DNA of 64,000 nucleotides from Paracoccaceae bacterium (GTDB lineage Bacteria; Pseudomonadota; Alphaproteobacteria; Rhodobacterales; Rhodobacteraceae): NCBI GenBank assembly GCA_965221445.1, contig CBDCSF010000004.1, positions 5,556 to 69,555 of the forward strand, read 5' to 3'. Shown piece by piece: positions 56,336 to 64,000 of this stretch (position 1 is its first letter; each line of letters starts with the position of its first letter). The notes under the pieces were generated by a model. It saw only the letters and a program-made list of their open reading frames with translations, ran no database searches and was not told where the DNA came from. The position numbers and the translations under genes were made by a program.

Positions 56336-58072
56336 ATGGCCTTTACCAGATTGAGACGAAAGAACCAGATAAATACCCTGGATAACGGTATAATTGTCCT
56401 TCCGGATCCCAATTTCAGGGATATAGCAGCCTGTCGTCCTGAAACCGGCGAATATTTCGTGGTGGAAGGTAAAAGGTGGGACAGGGATTTTACGGCCACT
56501 GTCCAGAAATACAATGCTACCGGCGATTTACCCGAGTTGGAAAATAACAAGATTCGAGTTGTCACCATGGAAGATCTAGCAGCTCTCTATTCCGAGGCTG
56601 ATATGGAGTTCAATTATGAGGACAATGATGATGCCCGGGTCATCCTCAAGCTCCATCAGATTCTCGAGGATGCAGCCAGGGCAAGAGCCAGCGATCTCTG
56701 GTTTACCCAGGAGGCAACCAAGACCATTGTACGGGTAAAGATTGCCGGCAGGGAATTCAATATGGGGAGATACCTGACGGTCAGTGAAGGCAGCAAGATC
56801 ATTACGCATCTTTTCGACCGGCGTGATGAAGGCGGAGGTAACACATCCATTGTCATCATGGCTTTCCAGAGTTTTGCCATATCCCCATCCAATGATTTTC
56901 GGCTTCCATTGGGAGTAATAAAATTGCGAGGTCAGAAGGGTTTCCATGAAACCATAACCGGGGTTGGACAGCATGTAGTCCTGCGATTTTTCTATTCCGA
57001 TCAGGCCCAACAGGAGACGGCCACCCTGGAAACGCTGGGTTTTGATGATGATGTTTATGGAGCACTGTCCCGTTCCCGACGATCTCTCCATGGGGCCATT
57101 ATAATCGGGGGAGCAACCGGTGATGGCAAATCGACCACCATGATACGGTGTCTGACAGAACAGTATCGTGAACATGACGGCCGTATCCGGGTTGTTACGA
57201 TCGAGGATCCGGTCGAATACAAGATGGACAAGGACGGTATTGTCCAGGTGCCCGTCCAATCGGCTGGTACACCTGAAGATCGCAAGGTTGCCTATCGCAA
57301 GGCGTTGATGCATTTCGTGAGGATCAATCCAGATGTTGGCTGTATATCGGAAATTAGGGACCAGGAGGCAGCAAAGGAGGTCTTGCAGTTCGTGGACACC
57401 GGACATCAGGTCTGGACAACCATTCATGTCAGTTCCGCCAACGCCATTCTGTTCCGGCTAATCGACATGGGTATCAAGCCAACCGAACTGTCCAAACCCG
57501 ACACGATTGCCCTCCTTATGAAACAGACCTTGCTGCCGATTCTCTGTTCACATTGTTCAATACCGCTAAGTGAAGCAACTGACCAGCAGAATCTGGTGGG
57601 TTCATCTCGCTCCTGGGATGATTATTTTCGACAGGTACTGGCCCCGGATCATACCAGGATCCGACTCCGTAATCGATCAGGCTGCAAACATTGTCTGCCA
57701 CCGGAGATGGGGGATTCCGGCCAGCAGGCCTGGGCCGGTTATGAAAGACAGATAGCCGTGGCCGAAACCATTGAACCCGATGAGAAGTATTTGTTGAAAG
57801 TACGGGCAGAAGACATGCTGGGTGCCAAGAATTACTGGCTGCAGCCCAAGTCGGAAGGGGGAATGGGAGGCATGACAATTGCCCGGAAAATTGAGCTGCT
57901 CATTCGCCAGGGGCTGGTTGATCCACATGACGGCATACGCAAGGGGTGGGATCCGGCTGAGCAGTCAGGGCTAGGCAAACGGGGATCTGAAGTAAAAACT
58001 TCAGGGCAACGCAATGCGGTTGTTTTGAAACTGCCTTCATCTGAAAAACACCCTGTCCATTACGAGGTTTGA
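56336..58072 (+). CDS. pilQ: PilQ-like (GspE/PilB family) pilus assembly ATPase
   Basis: Walker A IIIGGATGDGKSTTMIRCL. CISEIRDQEAA and GHQVWTTIHVSSA. Tetracysteine CSHC...CKHC. Confidence 0.85.
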   Translation: MAFTRLRRKNQINTLDNGIIVLPDPNFRDIAACRPETGEYFVVEGKRWDRDFTATVQKYNATGDLPELENNKIRVVTMEDLAALYSEADMEFNYEDNDDARVILKLHQILEDAARARASDLWFTQEATKTIVRVKIAGREFNMGRYLTVSEGSKIITHLFDRRDEGGGNTSIVIMAFQSFAISPSNDFRLPLGVIKLRGQKGFHETITGVGQHVVLRFFYSDQAQQETATLETLGFDDDVYGALSRSRRSLHGAIIIGGATGDGKSTTMIRCLTEQYREHDGRIRVVTIEDPVEYKMDKDGIVQVPVQSAGTPEDRKVAYRKALMHFVRINPDVGCISEIRDQEAAKEVLQFVDTGHQVWTTIHVSSANAILFRLIDMGIKPTELSKPDTIALLMKQTLLPILCSHCSIPLSEATDQQNLVGSSRSWDDYFRQVLAPDHTRIRLRNRSGCKHCLPPEMGDSGQQAWAGYERQIAVAETIEPDEKYLLKVRAEDMLGAKNYWLQPKSEGGMGGMTIARKIELLIRQGLVDPHDGIRKGWDPAEQSGLGKRGSEVKTSGQRNAVVLKLPSSEKHPVHYEV

Positions 58073-58076
58073 CAAT

Positions 58077-59144
58077 ATGCAGAGAAGAAAACCAAATTGG
58101 GTTGTCTGGTTCTACAAACTCCAGTTTGATACTCGTGTACGAAGCGGTGTCTGGCGTCTGATCGGTGATCTGACCAACGAAAGTATGGGAGAAAGTGATG
58201 CCATTGAAGCGGTAATAGATATCAACCGGAAGAAGAAGCAGAATGCAGTCGTCTATATTCTGGGACGGTTGAGATACAGCATTGGCCAGAACACCTTTCC
58301 AGCGGAAATCAGCAAGTATGTTACGCCTTCGGAATCACTCATGTTTGGCTCCTGGGGATCCGCTGATGCCAGTAACATGTACAAGGCTGCCCACCGTATT
58401 CTCGAGATACAGCGAACCATGAAAAGAACCATTTTCGGTATTATTCTCCCTTCCCTCATTGGCCTCTGTGTTGCGTTCCTGCTTTATTATATCTTTGGCT
58501 CGCAGCTTTTCCCGGCCTTCATTGGCATCAGCCCACTGGAGGAATGGAGCACCTTTCCCCGAATGGTTGCCATTGTATCAATGGCCTATGTGGACAATCT
58601 GGTATTGACTATTCTGGGGGTCATGGCAATCATTCTGGCCCTTCGTCATTTTATCAGGACCTACTCGGGTCCCGGCCGTGTGATGCTGGACCGGATACCT
58701 CCCTTTTCCCTCTACCGGATTACGACCGGTGTGGCCTTTCTGATGACGGTAATTGAGCGTGGTCAAATGGGTGGAGATCTCAACAAGCGATTACTTGAGC
58801 GAATGGCTCGGCAGTCTAGGGGTTATGTTCGTAACCGGATAGAAACCATGGCCAGGTATGCCGATCAGCAATCGGGTGGAGTTGGCAGTGCAGCCCATCA
58901 GGCCGGACAGGGTTATCCATCAGAGGAACTGGCTCTCATCATGGCCAAATATTCCGAACGTGGCGGGGATTGGCTGAACAATTTTTCCGGTTTCATGACG
59001 TCCTGGGTCAACGACATCCAGCAGCAGATCAAGCTCATGGCCACCGGTCTCAATGTCTTTATCATGATGGTTGTGACCAGCTCCCTGCTGGTGGCCATGT
59101 TGTCAATCTTTGCCATTGTAAGCGAATTGGGAGCCATACAGTAG
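58077..59144 (+). CDS. pilR: PilR-like (GspF/PilC family) pilus platform membrane protein
   Basis: 355 aa with three hydrophobic segments separated by cytoplasmic domains. It lies between the ATPase and the prepilin. Confidence 0.65.
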   Translation: MQRRKPNWVVWFYKLQFDTRVRSGVWRLIGDLTNESMGESDAIEAVIDINRKKKQNAVVYILGRLRYSIGQNTFPAEISKYVTPSESLMFGSWGSADASNMYKAAHRILEIQRTMKRTIFGIILPSLIGLCVAFLLYYIFGSQLFPAFIGISPLEEWSTFPRMVAIVSMAYVDNLVLTILGVMAIILALRHFIRTYSGPGRVMLDRIPPFSLYRITTGVAFLMTVIERGQMGGDLNKRLLERMARQSRGYVRNRIETMARYADQQSGGVGSAAHQAGQGYPSEELALIMAKYSERGGDWLNNFSGFMTSWVNDIQQQIKLMATGLNVFIMMVVTSSLLVAMLSIFAIVSELGAIQ

Positions 59145-59193
59145 AGAAGTGACCAATAGTAAATCAATACAATTTTTCGTGAAAGGAGTAACG

Positions 59194-59805
59194 ATGTTTA
59201 AATCTGTTTTTTTGTCCTTCTTCAGGAAACCCTTTCGGTATCGCAAGGGTTATACCATGCTTGAACTGGGTTTTGCCTTCATTATCATCGGGGTTCTCCT
59301 GGGTGTGGTGATTGGTACCTTCTATACCATCCAGCTACGTCAGTCCGAGAACAATACAAAAGCACTGGTCCAGACCTTGGTTAGCGGGACCAAATCACTT
59401 TATTCCGGTTCGATCGATTATGATTCCATCGGGACCAGCCGAAATGATTTACCCAAGTATCTCACTGATGGCCGAAAGGTCCCTTCCAACTACCTCAATA
59501 GCAACTTTCCTTCCGGTATTGTTTCGCCCTTCAATGAGGAAATCAGGATGCAGGCCCACAGCAACAACACGTTTTCTGTCCAGTTGCGCAATACACCAAC
59601 CGATATATGCAATGCTCTCCTGAGTGAGTATGCGGTAACAAGATCGGCTATATCGGCAACTTTCGGAGGTAACCTGTCAGCCACCACCCCAACCAAGACC
59701 CTGGATGTGGATGCAACCAGTGGAGGTACTCAGTGGACCGTGGCCAATGTCGCCGACCAGTGTAACAATGCAGCCACCCAGCATGTCGCCCTGACGTTCC
59801 AGTAA
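59194..59805 (+). CDS. pilS: PilS-like type IVb prepilin
   Basis: ATG 59194 follows AAAGGAG. Leader MFKSVFLSFFRKPFRYRKG, then YTMLELGFAFIIIGVLLGVVIG (Glu at +5). Confidence 0.75.
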   Translation: MFKSVFLSFFRKPFRYRKGYTMLELGFAFIIIGVLLGVVIGTFYTIQLRQSENNTKALVQTLVSGTKSLYSGSIDYDSIGTSRNDLPKYLTDGRKVPSNYLNSNFPSGIVSPFNEEIRMQAHSNNTFSVQLRNTPTDICNALLSEYAVTRSAISATFGGNLSATTPTKTLDVDATSGGTQWTVANVADQCNNAATQHVALTFQ

Positions 59806-59808
59806 CAG

Positions 59809-60993
59809 GTGATTCATATCTTGCCAGACAGTCGAAAACGACCGGGTTTCAGCCTGCCTGCAACGGCTTTGGCCATAGTGGCGGGAAGTCTCGTGTTGGT
59901 CAACTGGCTCAATTGGCAGAACCGGATGGATCTGGAACATCAGGCCCATGCCACTGCCGATGCCATTTCAGTACTGGCGGCAGCTCTTGATCATTATGCC
60001 CACCTGGAACTGCAACTGGCTACCCCCGTGGTTTCGGACACCTGGCGAGAATTGACCGGTAGTGAGATCATGACCTTTCGTTCCCATTCGGTTACACCAC
60101 CCTGGCTGGACCCTGGTTATGATGATCTGACAAGTGCCTGGGACATACACTATCTGGTTTATTACCCGGCCGGCTCAATCCATCCCTGGACGATTCTCAA
60201 TCTTGAACCATTGGGGGAAACAATACCCGGGCTGGTCAACCGCATCAGGAACCAGTTGGCCGGTCGGTATCCAGCTCTTGTATCTGGTGGTACCAGCTCG
60301 GTCCGGCAGGGATTTACCGATAATGTCAGGGTGCTTTCCGGTACCATACGCGGGAGCATGCCTGATACCCAAGATCTGGTATTTTTCACCTGGCCGATGT
60401 CGGGTATCAATCCGAACTGGTTGCCCAGAGTTGAACGGGCAGGGGTTTCCCCTGGAGTCATGGCGACTGATCTTGATTTTTCCGGTACCCATGACCTGAC
60501 TGGACTTGCCACCATCACGACCGATACCATGCAGGCCAGTGGAGATCTTTCTCCTGGTGCTGCAAGTACCCTTGTGGTTTCAGATATGGTGGTTAGAGGA
60601 AATGGAACGGTCACTGACATGACTGTCAATGGTGTAGCGTCGGTTGATGGCATCCAGACCATAACCGATCTGACCAGTCAGGAAATGCTTCAGGTTGACA
60701 CCCTGACAGCCGACTCTTCCCTTCAGGCCCTGCGGGGTGTTATGGCGGAAGCTGATATTGAGGGAAATTTGCGGGTTACAGGAAACCTGACGGCTTCCGG
60801 AACGTCTTTTGAAGTAGATGGTGATGTCCAGGTTGCCAATGGCTTTGGTCGAACTCTCGATCCTGGCATGAATCTCGTTTTTGATTCCCTTCAGGTCAGG
60901 GGGTTTTACCAGGTTGATGATGATGCGACCGTCCAGACGGTAACCATTACCGGTTCCGGAACCTGTATCGGATGTCAGTTCAGTGCCTATTGA
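59809..60993 (+). CDS. PilV-like minor pilin / tip adhesin, paralog 1
   Basis: RPG-FSLPA prepilin-like N-terminus. Shared block MATDLDFSGTHDLTGL. Beta-helix-like C-terminal repeats ending GTCIGC. Confidence 0.6.
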   Translation: MIHILPDSRKRPGFSLPATALAIVAGSLVLVNWLNWQNRMDLEHQAHATADAISVLAAALDHYAHLELQLATPVVSDTWRELTGSEIMTFRSHSVTPPWLDPGYDDLTSAWDIHYLVYYPAGSIHPWTILNLEPLGETIPGLVNRIRNQLAGRYPALVSGGTSSVRQGFTDNVRVLSGTIRGSMPDTQDLVFFTWPMSGINPNWLPRVERAGVSPGVMATDLDFSGTHDLTGLATITTDTMQASGDLSPGAASTLVVSDMVVRGNGTVTDMTVNGVASVDGIQTITDLTSQEMLQVDTLTADSSLQALRGVMAEADIEGNLRVTGNLTASGTSFEVDGDVQVANGFGRTLDPGMNLVFDSLQVRGFYQVDDDATVQTVTITGSGTCIGCQFSAY

Positions 60994-62149
60994 TAGAGGG
61001 TTTGTCAGAAATTGCCGGCAGGGGAGTAAGGGCAAACGTCCAGGTTTCATGCTTGTTGATATTGTCATGTGGACGATTGTGGGAACGACAGGTCTTCTCT
61101 TCATGGTTCAGTATCTTGAGATTTATGTCAATCAGACCAATGTCCAGGCAGAGGCCCGACTGTTGTCTGCCCTGGCTGATCATGCTGCCGATGAAGCCCT
61201 CCTCACCCTTTCGGAGGAGATTGCCGATGCCATCAGTGCCGGTGGTGCCAAGCCGATCACCATAACGGACCTCAATGCCTATGATCAATTGCCGATCCTG
61301 CCACGTGATCGGGATATTCATCTTGTTCATTTTGCTACGAATGCCCAAACTCTCTGGGTTCTGGCCTATACAACCGGAAACGATGCCGGGACTCCACGTC
61401 CGGCCAGTGGCATTGTCAATCTTGGCGTAATCGATCATGATGGACCCTGTTCCACAGCCGAAATATGTGGACCGGGTCTTCGGTGGAACCATACAGGCCT
61501 CACTTCCCTTCTGACATCACCCCCAACCGATGGATCAATGGTTGCCCTCCGTCTGTTGGATGCCGATCCGGATAGTGATTCCTTCATCTGGAGTGTTGAT
61601 ACAGGAAATGCAGCTCGTACCACCATGACCACCACTCTTGATCTTGCCGGCCATGATGTTGTAAATGTCGGTGATGTGGCAGCCCGGACGATTGTTTCCC
61701 AGACGACACTGCAGGTCCTTGGGAGTACCGAAGTGGTCCGCCTTGACGGATCTTCAGCTGTCAATCCTATACTGGTTACAGGGGATCTCAATATCAATGG
61801 TACCCTGACAGCAGCCGACATGGAAAGTGGCATCCACGACATGAATGCCAATAATGTCAGGGTTGCCAACGACATTGATGCAAACAGAATAACTGCAGCT
61901 GGCAGGATGACCATTGAAGGTAACATGATAGTGACGTCCAATCTCACGACCCCAAAGTTTACAGGTGACGTTACGGCCAACACCATGACCATGGTGAAAC
62001 TGGATGCAGCCAGGACAACTGTGGATGGCGACGTCATTGTCAATCGGGCAACCACCGGTGATCTTGATCTGGATCCGGGACAGTTGACAGTGCAGGGTAT
62101 TCTTTATGTCAACCGCTGTGTCGGTACGGGCTGTACCGTTGGTCCCTAG
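60983..62149 (+). CDS. PilV-like minor pilin / tip adhesin, paralog 2
   Basis: RPG-FMLVD N-terminus. ICGPGLRWNHTGL and TTTLDLAGHDVVNV. C-terminal repeats ending CVGTGC. Confidence 0.6.
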   Translation: MPIDRGFVRNCRQGSKGKRPGFMLVDIVMWTIVGTTGLLFMVQYLEIYVNQTNVQAEARLLSALADHAADEALLTLSEEIADAISAGGAKPITITDLNAYDQLPILPRDRDIHLVHFATNAQTLWVLAYTTGNDAGTPRPASGIVNLGVIDHDGPCSTAEICGPGLRWNHTGLTSLLTSPPTDGSMVALRLLDADPDSDSFIWSVDTGNAARTTMTTTLDLAGHDVVNVGDVAARTIVSQTTLQVLGSTEVVRLDGSSAVNPILVTGDLNINGTLTAADMESGIHDMNANNVRVANDIDANRITAAGRMTIEGNMIVTSNLTTPKFTGDVTANTMTMVKLDAARTTVDGDVIVNRATTGDLDLDPGQLTVQGILYVNRCVGTGCTVGP

Positions 62150-62160
62150 GAGGGTTACGG

Positions 62161-63309
62161 ATGAAAGGGGGAAGATTTATCAGATGGTTGCGATTCAGAC
62201 ACAGACTTCATCGTCGGCCTGGTGTCTCATTGATTGAGGCTGCCTTTTCCATGGTTATAATCGGTCTTGCCCTTACCCAGGGCATCGGACTGGTAACCGA
62301 TTACACTGCCGATCGAGCCCTACAGGCAGAAGCCCGCATGCTGACAGCTGTTGCTGATGATTATGCCGAAATGGTTGCACGAATCTGGCCACCTGCCATT
62401 ACCCAGGGTAGGGTAACGACCTATACGCCACCGGATCATATCGGGCTGGAAACTCCCTTTGGTCGTGCCATTCGGATTGCCCATCATGCACCATCCGCAA
62501 GGGAGCTGGTTGTCATGGTCTACACCTGGTCAGCTGACCGCCGAACCAATCGAAAACCGACTCCCAGATATGATTCCGATATTCGCCAGGTCGGACATGT
62601 TACCGGTCCCGATGATCGATGTGCCCAAAATCATATTTGTGGTTTTGGCATGGACTGGAATGCTTCTCCCCTATTGACCCTGTTGGGAACCAATGGACCT
62701 GATGAGGAAGATCTGGTTGCCCTCCGGTGGGTTACCATGGATCGCCATGTTTACCCCTACCTTCATCGGAACCGGATGGCTGGTCATCCTGACCTCAACC
62801 GACTGGAAACCGATCTGAACATGGGTGGCCATGATCTGGTTGGTATAAACTCCCTATCCGGTGCCAGATTGCTGGTTACCGACAGTCTTGATATCGGTGG
62901 TGAGTTGGAGATTACCGATTTGGAGATAGCAGGCAATCTTGATATCGGTGGTAATCTTGTGTCAACAGGTTCACTCAATGTTGCCCTGATGAGTGCTTCC
63001 GACATTGCCTCCATCGTCAACCTTGATGTCGAGGAACAATTGGAAGCGGATGAGGTAATCATTGAGGATGATTTCACGATCAATGATGTCCAGGTAACGA
63101 CGGATGTCGAGATGACAGGGACATCTGGCGTCACTGTTACAGGTACCATTCATGCCAATGAAGCTGACGTGGATGAACTTGATATCTCGGGGAATCTGAA
63201 TGGTGCTGTCCTTGATTATGAGGGGAGAGCGACAACCCTCTCCCGGGTAAGAACGAGGGACATGATCATTGGTGAATTGACAGTAACGAATAATTGCCAC
63301 GGGTGCTGA
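62161..63309 (+). CDS. PilV-like minor pilin / tip adhesin, paralog 3
   Basis: RPG-VSLIE N-terminus (Glu +5). ICGFGMDWNASPL and LETDLNMGGHDLVGI. C-terminal repeats ending NNCHGC. Confidence 0.6.
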   Translation: MKGGRFIRWLRFRHRLHRRPGVSLIEAAFSMVIIGLALTQGIGLVTDYTADRALQAEARMLTAVADDYAEMVARIWPPAITQGRVTTYTPPDHIGLETPFGRAIRIAHHAPSARELVVMVYTWSADRRTNRKPTPRYDSDIRQVGHVTGPDDRCAQNHICGFGMDWNASPLLTLLGTNGPDEEDLVALRWVTMDRHVYPYLHRNRMAGHPDLNRLETDLNMGGHDLVGINSLSGARLLVTDSLDIGGELEITDLEIAGNLDIGGNLVSTGSLNVALMSASDIASIVNLDVEEQLEADEVIIEDDFTINDVQVTTDVEMTGTSGVTVTGTIHANEADVDELDISGNLNGAVLDYEGRATTLSRVRTRDMIIGELTVTNNCHGC

Positions 63310-63325
63310 ACATGGAGTATCAATC

Positions 63326-63637
63326 ATGATGGATAAGTATTTGAAATCAGGCTTGTTGAAGGGTGTATTTCTATTGGGAATTACAGGTCAGTTACTGCAG
63401 GCTGAAACACCCCTGGCCTCCTCTCTGCTGGCAACCAGGGCCCAGGAAATGGCCGCCGAAAATGTTGGCCTTATCACCATCATAGAGTACCAGACGACTC
63501 TTCTGGCCTATAGTGAAACCAATCCTGAGCAGGCTGCCGACATACGCCAGACCAGGGATCAGTGTACGGCCCTTGTTCCCATCGGCAATCTCTGTGAACT
63601 GTTGACCGGTACCTTTGCTCCACCTGACCAGGAATGA
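63326..63637 (+). CDS. small exported protein
   Basis: 103 aa with a signal-like LLKGVFLLGITGQLLQA and two Cys in the C-terminal part. Confidence 0.4.
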   Translation: MMDKYLKSGLLKGVFLLGITGQLLQAETPLASSLLATRAQEMAAENVGLITIIEYQTTLLAYSETNPEQAADIRQTRDQCTALVPIGNLCELLTGTFAPPDQE

Positions 63638-64000
63638 ATCCCCTTCTGATTGACCAGAATATCCTGTCCCTCCTGTTTTCAGTAGGTGTCGTTGGTGGCT
63701 TTATAAGAATATCTTGGCGTGACCTGCGGTTTCTGGTGACCCATGATCGTGATATTATCCTGACATTGATCCTGTTCGTTCTACTTGTAGCCAGCTCACG
63801 ATCCTGGCATCTTATTCCCGATATGCTGTACGGAGCTTTTGCTCTCGGTTGCATTGTTTGGGGATTCAAATACCTGTTCGGTAAAAAACTGGGTACTGGT
63901 GATTGTCTTGTATATCCCCTTTGTGGTTTCACAATCGGTTTGGATTCACTGCAGACATGGCTCTTGTGGGTTGGTGTTCTTCTGATAACAATGATCCCTT
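63634..64000 (+). CDS. prepilin peptidase (A24 family, PilU-like), 3' end outside the window
   Basis: Not in the ORF track because it runs off the window. ATG 63634 overlaps the upstream stop. The translation is polytopic, with SWRDLRF (first Asp) and GTGDCLVYPL (GxGD-like second Asp). Confidence 0.55.
   Translation, partial: MNPLLIDQNILSLLFSVGVVGGFIRISWRDLRFLVTHDRDIILTLILFVLLVASSRSWHLIPDMLYGAFALGCIVWGFKYLFGKKLGTGDCLVYPLCGFTIGLDSLQTWLLWVGVLLITMIP

Noticed and set aside
59809-63309. Shufflon (invertible segments with sfx repeats and an Rci recombinase)
   Set aside because: Each of the three genes is complete, with its own prepilin-like N-terminus, and all face the same way. I found no conserved 19-bp inverted repeats at their borders and no tyrosine recombinase gene in the window.

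Overview
This window looks like the backbone of a large conjugative plasmid or ICE from an unidentified Gram-negative host. All family calls rest on motifs read by eye, with no database search. Four blocks stand out. (1) A nearly complete IncI / Dot-Icm-type type IVB secretion system sits in several + strand units: DotA/TraY at 4.0-6.4 kb; IcmD-IcmJ-IcmB-DotM ... IcmL-IcmK-IcmE-IcmG-IcmC at 22.6-37.9 kb; the DotL coupling protein at 38.0-40.5 kb; DotB and an IcmT-LysM fusion at 40.7-42.7 kb. (2) An IncI-like type IVb thin-pilus operon runs from 52.2 kb to the window end: PilN secretin, PilO, PilP, PilQ ATPase, PilR, PilS prepilin, three tandem PilV-like adhesins and a prepilin peptidase. (3) DNA-processing genes include topoisomerase III, two primases and a PcfJ-like protein. 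There are at least two iteron-type replication regions: 9 iterons at 11.9-12.6 kb next to a primase/helicase/initiator trio and a split rep-like gene, and a second rep gene plus 4 x 22-bp iterons at 48.5-50.2 kb. (4) Accessory cargo includes four ankyrin-repeat genes, one embedded in the T4BSS core operon and one fused to an AAA/STAND-like ATPase. It also includes a minus-strand cassette (ATPase-DUF234, DUF4406, two paralogous unknowns), a PD-(D/E)xK-like gene, an IS remnant and a DUF5131 gene. Three families of conserved intergenic elements recur upstream or downstream of the operons. No rRNA, tRNA or CRISPR array was seen. No relaxase/oriT or shufflon recombinase was recognised in the window.
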